This document shows, piece after piece, positions 18,648-29,900 of a DNA stretch of 64,000 bases. Both the position numbers and the translations under genes were made by a program. This DNA comes from an uncultured bacterium (GTDB lineage: Bacteria > Zixibacteria > MSB-5A5 > UBA10806). The notes beneath the pieces were generated by a model. The model had not been told where the DNA came from and made no database searches. It worked only from the letters and a program-made list of their open reading frames with translations. The number at the start of each line of letters is the position of its first letter. Position 1 is the first letter of the stretch. Location of the stretch: NCBI GenBank assembly GCA_965541585.1, contig CBEUCH010000004.1, positions 1-64,000 of the forward strand. Reading direction: 5' to 3'.

Positions 18648-20753
18648 TCAACGTAATGCCGAGGGTAGACGATACACCCATAGGCCATCTTCGGTGGCGC
18701 CCAAATATATGTTTTCGTCATCGGTAGCAAGCCCGACGTAATCGCCAACCCAATACTGCGCCGGTGGAAACGATTCCCGTACGATAACCTCAGGTCGAGT
18801 TGGATCAGTAACATCAAGAACCAGGATGTCGCCCGTATAGACAACCACATGATTATTATGCGCTACGATTGAAAGGTCCCAGATATTGCGACGTTCAAAG
18901 TCCAGTTGGCTCAATACGCGTGGGATTTTCATATCTCGCAGATCAATTACCGTAAAAGTACATTGGCCATAGTAAGGATTACCAGATGCACTCTCCATAT
19001 TCATAACGTCTCGGCTGATAACATACGCGAAATCGCCCTTGTCCGACAGCGCGAGGCGGGTTGTTCGCCCCATTGAACTGATTTCTAACGCTGCGCTGTC
19101 ACCAGGCTGACTCAGAATGATTGGCTCAGCAGGTTTGCTTATGTCTAGTATTGTCAGCATTCCACTGGGGTGAGCAGCTATGATGTGATTATGAAGAAGG
19201 GCAACATCAGTCACCGCCTGGCCGAGGTCGAGTAGTGCCACGGCATGCGGTTCACTTGGGTCAGATACATTCACAATCTCAATTCCACCCCCTGAAGTTG
19301 GCAACCACCAGTAAGAAGCCTCTCTGTAACCCAATACAGCATATGCAGGCGTAAGAGCGATTGCATGCACCAACCCGTGGGGAGCGAATCGCCCCAGCAC
19401 CGTGGGGTCAGCTGGATTGCTGATATCCAGCAGTTCTGACGGGAGTGTTTCATAGGACATAAACATGCATGAATTGCTGACTGCTGCAACGACGTTAGAC
19501 TGCCAGTCTTCCAGACCCGTTGAAGAAGCGGCTTGATATCGAGCCAATCGCTGCGGTGCTTGTGGTTTAGATACATCATAGATTAGAAAACCGCCGCCGA
19601 CCTGAGTCAGAATGGCCAGGCTGTCTTGCAGCAGCACATCACCGACCCAGCCGCCTTCGAAGTTCCACTGGCCTACTAATCGAGGAGCTTTTGGATCGGA
19701 AACGTCAAATATGGGGGACGGACCACCGTCACCTGCTACAAACAGGTGGTCGTCTACAAGGGTCATACCCAGGCCCGCAGCCCAGAGATCATCGATAGTA
19801 TATGTGGAAGCGAGCTTTGGCTCGCGGGGGTTTGAGACATCAAATGTGGCCAGGTCCACTTCACCCTTGAACGTGGCATAGATGGCACCTTCGTGAACAA
19901 TGAGATCTATCGGTATTAGCAGCCGGGGATCATAGCACTCTCCCAAAAGTTCTGGCTCGTCCTTCTCATGCGTGCGGTATACGACAAGTCCCTGTTGGGA
20001 TCGCGGTCGCCGCTGGAGAAAGAAGAGTTTGTCATCAACTACCCCAAGAGCTGCAAAGTTTTTGCCTTCAGGGAGTAGTATCGTGCGCTTGATAGACGGC
20101 TTGTCTGGTATGCGAGCATCTATTAAAAAGAGGTGGTTTCGAGGATTTACACTCACAAGCGCCACGATGTGTTCCCCCATGCGGGCGATCCCTCCTACCA
20201 GACGTTGTGCAACCTGAATGCCAAGATCTACACTTCCTATCGCTTGAGGGTGCCCAGGTTTTGCAAGATCCAAGACTTCAAAAACCAGGGTAGTATTATC
20301 TAGGGGATTAAGAGACGTAGAATCATTTTCTGAAGGACGTATGACGTAGGCAAGCTTGCCCTCGATCTCCAAGCCGTTAGGGCCTATGCCAGCGAGGTCG
20401 GATAATGTGGCAACCTTGACAGGCTGAGTCGGTCTGGAGATATCAATTACAGCAAGGGGCTGGCCAAGCCAACCTGTGAGGTAGAGATAGGGATAGTATA
20501 GAGCTAACCGCAACATTGGTTGCTGTAATTCTAGTGCAGCAATCTCACGAACGACCATGGGATCACTCACGTCCAGCACACGCAGGATACCGCGCTCTAA
20601 AGCATAGGCATAGGGTGGGACGACCTCAATGTCATAGACCGCAGACACACGGGCGCGGCTTACTAGATCGATTGCTTCGCCGGGCTGTGCGAGCATGAGG
20701 AATACCGACACTACTGCAATGGCTAACAAATACGTCAAAGATTTACATTTCAT
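18648..20753 (-). CDS. Secreted LVIVD-repeat (beta-propeller) protein
   Basis: Signal peptide; many L(V/I)(L/I)D(V/I)S.P..P repeats. Confidence 0.88.
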   Translation of the reverse strand: MKCKSLTYLLAIAVVSVFLMLAQPGEAIDLVSRARVSAVYDIEVVPPYAYALERGILRVLDVSDPMVVREIAALELQQPMLRLALYYPYLYLTGWLGQPLAVIDISRPTQPVKVATLSDLAGIGPNGLEIEGKLAYVIRPSENDSTSLNPLDNTTLVFEVLDLAKPGHPQAIGSVDLGIQVAQRLVGGIARMGEHIVALVSVNPRNHLFLIDARIPDKPSIKRTILLPEGKNFAALGVVDDKLFFLQRRPRSQQGLVVYRTHEKDEPELLGECYDPRLLIPIDLIVHEGAIYATFKGEVDLATFDVSNPREPKLASTYTIDDLWAAGLGMTLVDDHLFVAGDGGPSPIFDVSDPKAPRLVGQWNFEGGWVGDVLLQDSLAILTQVGGGFLIYDVSKPQAPQRLARYQAASSTGLEDWQSNVVAAVSNSCMFMSYETLPSELLDISNPADPTVLGRFAPHGLVHAIALTPAYAVLGYREASYWWLPTSGGGIEIVNVSDPSEPHAVALLDLGQAVTDVALLHNHIIAAHPSGMLTILDISKPAEPIILSQPGDSAALEISSMGRTTRLALSDKGDFAYVISRDVMNMESASGNPYYGQCTFTVIDLRDMKIPRVLSQLDFERRNIWDLSIVAHNNHVVVYTGDILVLDVTDPTRPEVIVRESFPPAQYWVGDYVGLATDDENIYLGATEDGLWVYRLPSALR

Positions 20754-20883
20754 TTAACACCTCCATTACCAGGAAAAGTACCAAAGCGCTATGGTATGTC
20801 AAGAAGAAAGCCATTGGAGGTTTTATTGTAACCCGTCAGAGTCTACCGTGCCAAAGGGAATTTGAATTAAAAGAAATATCCTC

Positions 20884-20971
20884 CCCCGTCAACAATACGA
20901 TAATATGAAAAGGCGGCTCGGGGAGTGTGTCGACAATGAATTTCCTTGACCGATTTGTGGGGGGCAGGACA
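20884..20971 (+). repeat. Dispersed repeat type A, copy 3
   Basis: Ends GGGGGCAGGACA, the exact reverse complement of the type-B start TGTCCTGCCCCC. Confidence 0.88.
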
Positions 20972-21052
20972 AGCAAAAGTCAAGTTGTCATTTGGCTGGT
21001 TCGTCTGAGTATCATTGACGCATCATGTAAGATATATTAATTTTACAGCCTG

Positions 21053-21553
21053 ATGCTGATCAGATCTGCAGATTCAGGTGACGTCGAGCGTATTGCGAAT
21101 ATTCATGTCAATTCGTGGCGTGACACCTATAAAGGTCTAATTGCCAACCCAATCCTCCAGAAGCTTGATGTTAGCGCCTTCATGGCCCGCTGGCTTATCG
21201 TCTTGAGCTCAGGTAATCGGGAGCTTTTCGTCCTGGAATCTGAATTGAGCCTTCTCGGTTTCTATCATATTGCGGCATGTCGAGATGATGATATCGATCC
21301 TCGAAATACGGGAGAAATCACAGCGATTTATATCGATGCATCAGTACGTCGGCAGGGTTATGGTCGGATACTCTGTGAGCACGCACTTCAGGAGCTTTTG
21401 ATGGGCAGGTTCAAGCAGGCACTACTCTGGGTTTTTCGAGATAATGTTGACGCAAGGCGTTTCTATGAAGCGTTGGGTTTCTTGCCGGATGGCGCGGAGA
21501 AAATGCTTGAAAAGTTTCAGGTAAAGGGCATGAGATATCGGAAACAACTGTAA
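21053..21553 (+). CDS. GNAT-family N-acetyltransferase
   Basis: IHVNSWRDTY, GEITAIYI..RRQGYGR, NVDARRFYEALGF. Confidence 0.92.
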   Translation: MLIRSADSGDVERIANIHVNSWRDTYKGLIANPILQKLDVSAFMARWLIVLSSGNRELFVLESELSLLGFYHIAACRDDDIDPRNTGEITAIYIDASVRRQGYGRILCEHALQELLMGRFKQALLWVFRDNVDARRFYEALGFLPDGAEKMLEKFQVKGMRYRKQL

Positions 21554-21560
21554 AGGCCTA

Positions 21561-21645
21561 TGTCTTTCCCCCAATGGTTGTACAACATTTTAAGCTAGTC
21601 CTGCCATAGCGAAAGTCACGTTTCTTTGTGGTTGGATGGATTAGG
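21561..21645 (+). repeat. Dispersed repeat type B, copy 3 (truncated)
   Basis: TGTCTTTCCCCCAATGGTTGTACAACATTTTAAGCTAGTCCTGCCATAGCGAAAGTCA. Confidence 0.85.
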
Positions 21646-22067
21646 ATGGTGATGGGCAGTGATCGGCTTCAGAGCCTTTCGGAATTTTATGGGATAGATT
21701 AAGATAGGTTTTGGCCGCGAAGACGGCCCACGGCTGCAACCAGGATCTCGATAAAAAGTCCTTGACATACCTTCAGGCCATGCTCTTTTTAAGCCAGGTT
21801 TCCCATCCCCCCGGGAATGTTTTTGAAATACCGGCCATTGTTAGGCCGGCCATCTAAGACTGTTTGACTTGAGAATCTTAAGAACAGAATAAGGATTCGC
21901 GATATTGCCGGATTTACTTGTGACAACAGTTGAAATGGATGAAGGCCTTCTGTGGAGGCGTGCCCCTGATGAGTTCTTTTGGTCTCAAGTCGCCTACGTG
22001 GCTGGTAAGAACCAACCTAAAGAGATATTAGGGCATTGACAGAATTTGTCAGCCCTATTGGGAGATT

Positions 22068-23423
22068 TTGGATATGGCAGATAAAGTTTTTCTTGTTCAC
22101 GGCTGGTCGGTTACTGAAACCACCACCTACCAGGCGCTGCACCTGAAACTTGCCGAGGCCGGTTTTGAGCTGCGCGAGATTTTCCTCGGTAAGTATGTAT
22201 CTCTCGATGACCACGTGGAGGTCAAGGATATAGCCGCGGCTATGCACCGGGCCATGGAAGAACACCTCAAGAAGACGCCCTGGACAGACAGGTTTCACAT
22301 CATAACACATAGCACCGGAGCCCTTGTCACGAAAGAATGGATAGTCAGGCATTACGTTGGCAGGTACGCTGAGAAGAAGCCATTGCAAAACGTCATCTTT
22401 CTTGCCGGGCCGCACTTTGGCTCTCGTCTCGCTCATCATGGACGTTCGATGTTGGCCCATGCCGCCTACCTCGGACCTACCGGGAGAAAAATCCTGACAT
22501 CGCTGGAACTTGGCAGCATCTTTTCCTGGGAAAACAATGGTGCCTGGCTCGACACCGGCAACTGGCGGAAGAAGGGGATTCGACCGTACTGTTTGATTGG
22601 CGATCGTGTAGAGAGAAACTACTTTAAGTCAAAAATCTTCCCTGCATCCTACGAGCGAGGTTCGGACATGGTAGTCAGAGTGGCGGCGGCCAATCTGAAT
22701 TTCAGGCGGTATGAACTCAACGCAGAAACCGGCAAGATGCGGCTGGTTGGAGAAACTAGCGGCATTCCCTTCGCCGCACTAAAAGACTATGTCCATTCGG
22801 GTGATAAACGAGGTATCATGAAATGTATCACATCCCGAGCTCGTCCTGACCAGGCAAAATACCTGAATCTGAACCTGATACTCCAGTGCCTCCGAGTAGT
22901 GAGTGGTTCTGATTATGAGAAGATCCGCGGCTTGTGTTCACGGCTCACGTCTGACATCAGACAAACACGCGGGCCGTTCGCCCAACTGGATTTTCGGTTT
23001 CGGGACGAGACCGGTGCCCCAATTGATGATTATAGATTTGCTCTAGGAGCCATTGTGGACGGCCAGGAAAAGCTATCCAAAACCGTTGCGCACATTCACA
23101 AGAACAAGTTGGATGGCAGCCACCTCACCGCGTTTATCAATCTAAAGGAGTTCGAGCCGAATCTGGTATATTTCATGGTTTTAGATTCCGACAGCGGAAC
23201 ATCTCTTTACCGATACGTACCAGACCCTTTCAAAAGCAAGAAAACGGATCATAGATTGACCGATATAATTCGAGCCGACCAAACCACGCAGATTGACGTT
23301 ATTTTCGGCCGCCAGCCTCATAGGAATCTTTTTGTCTTTTATAGAGGAGACGATCCTGACCTGCATGTCAGGTGGAATCGCCAAGGCGAAATCACCGAAC
23401 CCAGGAGCATCCCACCAAAGTAA
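22068..23423 (+). CDS. Alpha/beta-hydrolase-fold protein with C-terminal extension
   Basis: VFLVHGWS oxyanion motif, THSTG nucleophile elbow, GPHFGS, GSDMVV, YVHSG. Confidence 0.75.
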   Translation: MDMADKVFLVHGWSVTETTTYQALHLKLAEAGFELREIFLGKYVSLDDHVEVKDIAAAMHRAMEEHLKKTPWTDRFHIITHSTGALVTKEWIVRHYVGRYAEKKPLQNVIFLAGPHFGSRLAHHGRSMLAHAAYLGPTGRKILTSLELGSIFSWENNGAWLDTGNWRKKGIRPYCLIGDRVERNYFKSKIFPASYERGSDMVVRVAAANLNFRRYELNAETGKMRLVGETSGIPFAALKDYVHSGDKRGIMKCITSRARPDQAKYLNLNLILQCLRVVSGSDYEKIRGLCSRLTSDIRQTRGPFAQLDFRFRDETGAPIDDYRFALGAIVDGQEKLSKTVAHIHKNKLDGSHLTAFINLKEFEPNLVYFMVLDSDSGTSLYRYVPDPFKSKKTDHRLTDIIRADQTTQIDVIFGRQPHRNLFVFYRGDDPDLHVRWNRQGEITEPRSIPPK

Positions 23424-23632
23424 ATGGCGGTTGCGGGGCTCGATTGCTAATGTCAAAATCTTCAGGACAGAATAGGGGGTTAAGCTAAGATACGGTTTTG
23501 ATTAATTTTGGGATGGTAGGACGTATCAGGTAAAAAAGAGTCAGGAACTCCGGGGGATGCCTATGCACAAGGTCGCATAATATTCGTTAGCAAGAAATTA
23601 CGGTAATTACTTTCGAAAACAAGGAGGTTTTT

Positions 23633-26152
23633 ATGAATCGCCAAGAGTGGCTAACGCAGCCCCTGATGGGTTTACGGGCCCTGCAGAATGCGCTTTTGAT
23701 TGCGCTCTTACCGGTCATTATCATGTTTTTGGTGCCAGCGACCGCGTATGCTCAGGCAAGTGAGTATCAGTTAACGCTGAGATCACGGAGTTTCATACCC
23801 CAACCGGGAATCGAATCCCTTTTTCGGGACAGTCTGGCCGTTCATATGGAAGGGGGCGAAAAACGGCATGTCTACCTGCAGTTAAATAAGCATCTCACCG
23901 CAGGTGAGCGGGCAGTGTTGAAAGCGCAGGGGGTGGAGTTGCTTTCTTACATCGGAGCCTACACCTGGTATGCAGCAATCGCAGGCAGGCAAGCCCTGAA
24001 CTTCGGCATACCTGACTCGGTTAGCCGCACGCCTATCCTGGGCACGATGCGGTGGGTCGGCGAGATCAGACCGGAAGAAAAAATAGAAACAAAAATACGG
24101 CAGGAAGGAGTTGGCGATTATAATCGTCAACCGGATGGTAGGGTTGATGTTGTCGTTGTGTTTTTCTCTGATATTTCCAAGGACTCTTTAAACGCGATAG
24201 CTGGGCGATACGGCGAGGTATTACGGGAACCAGGGATGTTGAATGATGTTATAGTTAGACTTAACGAAGCAGATATTGAACGTATTGCCCAACAAGACGT
24301 TATACAATGGATAGAAGAGGTTGGACCGCCGGATGAAATTCATAATGACGATTCGCGAAATTGTATTAATGTTGATCCTCTGCAAATCGTACCTTATAAC
24401 CTCGATGGAACTAATGTTCAAGTTGGAGAATGGGACGGGGGGGAAATTGACGATTCTCACGATGACCTTTTGGGACGCGTTACCATCGTAGAGGCCGTAG
24501 GGGTAAGTGACCATGCCACACATGTGGCTGGTACTGTTGGGGGCGATGGCAGCCTTAGCGCAAGTGAGGGGGGTTCAGCCAATCAATGGCGTGGAATGGC
24601 CCCCGCCGTAACCTTCTATTCTTATTCATTCGTGTCAGATGATTTGGAACCGGAAGAACATGATGATGCCATTAATTTGAACGGTATTGATCTGTCGCAG
24701 AATTCCTGGGGTAGACCTGCCAATTTCGGTGATTATCGTACACGTACGGCAAAATATGATAATATAGTATGTGGCATTTACGGACGAGCGATTCCAATCA
24801 TATTTTCCGCAGGAAATTCGGGATCGGGTTTCATTACGGTTACGCCACCTGGCGGTACGGCCAAGAATGTTATTGTTGTCGGTAATGTCCTTTCCGATAC
24901 AAGAGAGATTAGCGGCACCAGTAGCCGGGGACCAACCGACAATGGCCAGATTAAACCCGATATTGTGGCCGCAGGTGATGAATCGGGTGCCCCGAGAATT
25001 AAATCAACCCTGCCGACAGATACTTATGGTGAAATGTCCGGCACTTCGATGGCGTCTCCGGCTGTTTCAGGTACGATAGCCCTGATGCTTCAACAATACC
25101 GCGATGCTTATTATGGAACCGATGCTCGAGATGATGCGCCCTTACCCTCAACATTTAAGGCGATTTTGTGTCACACAGCAGAGGATTTAACAGATAATCC
25201 CGGAGGAGGAGCAGATCTGATAGGTCCTGATTACGTGTATGGCTACGGATTAATTAATGCCGAAGAAGCTGTAAACGCAATCATAAACAGGCGGTTTCTT
25301 GAAGGGGCAATTCTATCGCCCAATGATGTGGATATACATACAATTGGCGTGTCGCCCGGAGAAAGCGAATTAAAGATAACCCTGGCGTGGGATGATCCGG
25401 CGGGGACACCCGGAGCAATTGATATTTTAGAAAACGATCTGGATCTTCTTTTAATAAGTCCTGACGGATCGACATTTTTTACCCCATGGGATCCGGATCC
25501 TGCCAATCCAGCGACACCGGCTGTGCGCAACACATACGTCTCTGAAGCATTAGCCAGCGCAGGACGAGATAATGTAAATGTCCTCGAACAGGTTGCTATA
25601 GATGACCCGGATGCTGGTCTTTGGACAATAAAAGTAAAAGCCGGTGATCTCCCGTATTCCCCTCAACGTTATTCGCTCGCGGCTAATTATGTCCTGGACG
25701 GAGTTATACCGCATTATCCCTGGTCCATCAGTCTCCATGCCGGCACCGCCGTGCCAAGCGGTTCCTACGCCAATCTCTTCGATCCGGGTTTAAACGTCCT
25801 TTTAGATATAGACTATCACTTCTCGCCGAATCTATCTCTTGTCGGTTTGTTCGGGTATAACGATTTCAAATCGAAAATTGCCGGTGTTGACGATAATTAC
25901 TGGTTGAACCTTTCGTTAAACGCAAGATACACCAGGCCGTTCAGAGGGCCATGGTCTCTATATGTCGGTGCAGGACCCGGTCTGTATATCCCCGAAACGG
26001 GTGATAATGAACCGGGCGCCAACGTGGGATTCGGTCTCGATTATAATTATAGTTCGAGAGTACAGTTCGAACTGGGCGTTGACTACCATACGATATTCGA
26101 TCCTGATATACAGTTTGTGCATAGCCACGCCGGCGTGATCTTCAGATTCTAA
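23633..26152 (+). CDS. S8 subtilase with C-terminal small outer-membrane beta-barrel
   Basis: Signal peptide; triad motifs WDGG, HATHVAG, GTSMASP plus AGNSG; last ~140 aa are amphipathic strands ending GVIFRF. Confidence 0.88.
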   Translation: MNRQEWLTQPLMGLRALQNALLIALLPVIIMFLVPATAYAQASEYQLTLRSRSFIPQPGIESLFRDSLAVHMEGGEKRHVYLQLNKHLTAGERAVLKAQGVELLSYIGAYTWYAAIAGRQALNFGIPDSVSRTPILGTMRWVGEIRPEEKIETKIRQEGVGDYNRQPDGRVDVVVVFFSDISKDSLNAIAGRYGEVLREPGMLNDVIVRLNEADIERIAQQDVIQWIEEVGPPDEIHNDDSRNCINVDPLQIVPYNLDGTNVQVGEWDGGEIDDSHDDLLGRVTIVEAVGVSDHATHVAGTVGGDGSLSASEGGSANQWRGMAPAVTFYSYSFVSDDLEPEEHDDAINLNGIDLSQNSWGRPANFGDYRTRTAKYDNIVCGIYGRAIPIIFSAGNSGSGFITVTPPGGTAKNVIVVGNVLSDTREISGTSSRGPTDNGQIKPDIVAAGDESGAPRIKSTLPTDTYGEMSGTSMASPAVSGTIALMLQQYRDAYYGTDARDDAPLPSTFKAILCHTAEDLTDNPGGGADLIGPDYVYGYGLINAEEAVNAIINRRFLEGAILSPNDVDIHTIGVSPGESELKITLAWDDPAGTPGAIDILENDLDLLLISPDGSTFFTPWDPDPANPATPAVRNTYVSEALASAGRDNVNVLEQVAIDDPDAGLWTIKVKAGDLPYSPQRYSLAANYVLDGVIPHYPWSISLHAGTAVPSGSYANLFDPGLNVLLDIDYHFSPNLSLVGLFGYNDFKSKIAGVDDNYWLNLSLNARYTRPFRGPWSLYVGAGPGLYIPETGDNEPGANVGFGLDYNYSSRVQFELGVDYHTIFDPDIQFVHSHAGVIFRF

Positions 26153-26434
26153 ATGAGGGAGATTCTACAGGCAGTGTTAATATGCAAAGGATCATTTAGT
26201 GTGTGGTTTTGTAATTATAGGAGAAAATGATTCGATTTGGAAATTATAAAGACTTGAAGATTGTTCGACGTCGGGTTGAGATGCAGATACGCAGGAAGGT
26301 TTGCACTCTGCTCTTGATCCTTGTTGACATCGACTCTTCGGTCGATTATAGTGCTGTGAAAATGCGTTTTGTAATATCACGTTGGATTGTCGCTGTAAGT
26401 AAAACATAATCATCGTTAGAAACAGGAGGTTTAA

Positions 26435-26860
26435 ATGTCAGCACCATTTAGAATTCGTCGATCCGATGCTCGACTGGAGAAAGTATCGGCAAAAAAAAGT
26501 GAGGGATTTAAAGATTATCTCGAGCGCCTGATAAAGATGATTCCGGGTGAAGTTATTGGTCTTTATCTGATTGGGAGTGGTTTCATTCCGAAAGATCAAC
26601 ATGCTGGATTACTTATTTGGTCAATTATCTGTCTGATTGGCGTGGTTGCCGTTCGTGCATACGGAACAACCGATTCAGAGGAAAACCTGCCGCCACAATG
26701 GAGCGTCGTAATCATTTCGTCAGTAGCGTTTGTGATTTGGATTTATTCGTTTGGAGGGGTGTTTAAACTATACGGCTTGCATGTTCCATATATCGGATCA
26801 TTACTTGTATTGGCGTGGACATTTTTTGTACCGATTGTCTACAAGGGAACTTACGATTGA
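26435..26860 (+). CDS. Small 4-TM membrane protein of unknown function
   Basis: AGGAGG RBS; basic N-terminal tail, YLERLIKMIPGEVIGLY, four hydrophobic segments. Confidence 0.75.
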   Translation: MSAPFRIRRSDARLEKVSAKKSEGFKDYLERLIKMIPGEVIGLYLIGSGFIPKDQHAGLLIWSIICLIGVVAVRAYGTTDSEENLPPQWSVVIISSVAFVIWIYSFGGVFKLYGLHVPYIGSLLVLAWTFFVPIVYKGTYD

Positions 26861-26908
26861 TGTTACACGGGGCTTAGCGAGTCGAGCAACAAACTGAAAA
26901 AAATCATT

Positions 26909-29900
26909 ATGGCAGACGGAAGTATAACCCAAAAATTACGTGATTTCACCGTCCAGATTCGGCACACCAAAACGGATGAAATTGTCGGAACGGGCATTGC
27001 CATTTCCCTCGATGGAAGAATTGTAACTTGCGCTCATGTAGTGATGGCGGCCGGCGTTAATCCGCGTTTGGGCAAGCGAATTCCCGGAAACTGGGAAATG
27101 GTGGTCAAGAGTATTCTAAAAGGAAAAGCTGACCCACTAATTGAAACTAAAGAGGCTGAAATCGGAGTATTTGTTCCGAAGGCGAAAGGTGAGAAGAAAG
27201 AGCGTCGGGCAAAAGTAACCGCCTGTTTCAAAGATCATGATGATGATCTGGTGCTGTTGCAGCTTGTTGGTAAGCCGCCGCCATTGGCGCCCGAGCAAAT
27301 CCCCGTGCTGGCAAAGGCAGATTTATCAGAAGGCAATCCTTTCAGCAGTTACGGATACTGTCCATTAGGTGCTCGTAAAGCGAGTCGCGCCAGTGGCGAA
27401 ATTATGGGCGATATAGAAGTCACCAGTGGTGAAAAATTGCAGGCAGATCCCATCCAACTCAGATCTGGTGAAATTGATCACGGCATGAGTGGCGCCGCTG
27501 TTCTGGATACAAAGCGAAATTTAATTGTAGGGATTATCGCCGAAACATACTATCCAAAGAACATCAGCAAGCATAGTCAGGTAGGCTGGGCTATCGACGC
27601 AAAAGTACTCACTTTTGATCCGCTCAAAGTGCAATTTAATGGCGACGAGTCTCTGCCACTCAGAGAATCGGCAAAGCTATCCAAAGATGTGATGTCACAG
27701 GCTGAAAAGTCTATAGTGCGAGATCTCAGTTTGACGGACTATCCTGCTCCGAGTCCATTATCGGAATGGGTCGGACGAGAGGATTTGCTAAAACAATTAA
27801 ATCAGGATTGGAACGATGCGGATACCAAGGTTGTCGGTTTAATCGGTTTTGGCGGCGAGGGCAAAAGCAGTCTTGCCGGCAAGTGGATTGCCGATCTGCT
27901 GAAAGATCCGAAACAGAAAAGGCCGGACGGTTTGTTCTGGTGGTCATTTTACGACCGGCGCAGTGTGGATGAATTCTTTGAAGCTGCCCTGACCTATCTC
28001 AGTCGCAAGAACGAAAATTTACTGAAGGACTTTAAAACGCCAAATACCCGGGCCAAACTTATTGCCGGGATGCTCTACAGCGGAGATTACCTGTTTGTGC
28101 TCGACGGGCTGGAAGTGATGCAAAAGCAGGAAGGCGACGACTACGGCGAGTTCGGCAGCGATGATTTGCGCCAGTTTTTAGAATATTTCAGCGCACCCGG
28201 ACATTCCTCGTTTTGTCTGATTACCAGCCGCGCGCCTGTTTTCGATCTGATGGACCACACCACTTTTATCCATCGTGATGTTGATCGTCTCAGCGATGAC
28301 GAAGGCTGCGCCCTCTTAAAAAAGGTCGGTGTGAAGGGCGCCGAATCCGACCTGAAAAAAGCAGTCGAGCAATGGGACGGACACGCCATAACCCTGAGTT
28401 TGATAGGCGCCTATCTCGCCAAAACCCACAACGGCGATATTGCCCACTTAAACGACATCGAACCGCCTACCGCCGACGAGCCACGCTATGAGCGCGTCCA
28501 TCGCATCCTGCGCCGCTACGACGAACATCTGACCGACGACGAACGCGCCTTTCTACAGCTCTTCAGCGCCTTTCGCACGCCTGTTGAAGAATCTGCTTTT
28601 GATAAAGTTTTTCGCACCAAAACTAAAGAAAATGCCCTCAACGCGCCGATTGCCGCCCTCAACGATGCTGAATTTAAAGCCTTGGTCAAGCGTTTGCAAA
28701 ACTACCGCATGTTGCGCCATGACCCGCAGGAAAACCACTACACCACTCACCCGCTGATACGGGCGCACTACTTTACCCTCCTCAGCCAACGGGCCAGTTC
28801 CCAAACCCAAAAGACACACGAGCAGATCAAGGATTACTACCTCTCGGTGGCAGGTGAGGTACCCCATCACCCCACGTTAGAGGATTTGATCCCTCTGATC
28901 GAAGTCGTTCATCATGCCTGCCAGGCCGGGGCTTATGATGAGGCTTTTCGCGTTTATTGGGTACGAATTTATCAACTAGATCGTAAAGTATTAATCCATG
29001 AATTAGGCGCTTACGAAACTGATTTAGCCCTAGCGACACAATTCTTTTCCGCTGGTGACACATCTCAGGAGCCACAGGTAAGCGATCCGAGATATAAAAG
29101 TTACATTCTGAACGACGTCGGTCTCTGCCTGATGAGTCTGGGGCGCCTGAGTGACGCCGTACCATTTTTTGAGAGAATGGTCAAAGGCTATCTAGCCGAA
29201 GATGAGCTGGCCTTTGCCAGCGCTGGCTACCGAAATCTGGCGAATCTCTATGCCGATCTGGGTCGACTGGCGGATAGTGGGCAGGCGGCGGGGGAAGCCC
29301 TGCAACTCGCCCGTCGTGCGGCGGATAAAAAGACTGAGCTAAATTCGTTAGGTTATCAGGCATGGGCAGCCCATCTGAGCGGTGATCTTGAAACCGCCGG
29401 CACTGCTTTCCAGCAAGAGGAAGACATAGAGCGCGAAGTTGATTCAAACAAACTCTATCTGTACAGTCTGAATGGTATCCAACACGCCGATCATCTGCGG
29501 CGAATGGGCAAGGCGGATTATGCCCGGCGGGTCACCAAAGCCAATCTGAAGATTTGTGAGAAAGCTCATTGGGCAGATGACATCAGTAAATGTAAACGTG
29601 TTTTGGGTGATCTGGAAGCGGATGCGGGCGTTCATGAACGGGCGGGTCAGCATTATGAAAATGCGCTCAAAATTGCTCGGAATATTACAAGGCAAGATGT
29701 GCTGATTGAGGCGTTGCTGGCGCGGGGGCGCTGGCAGGCAAAACAAGCGGCACAAACAAAGGAGCATACTTCCTTACAACAGGCTTTCAGTGATCTGAAC
29801 GAAGCTCTCGGCTATGCCACCAAAGGCGGCTTTCGGATTTATGAGGCTGATATTCGTGTGGCATTGGCCTGGGCGCATCTGGCAGACGAGCAGCAAAAAC

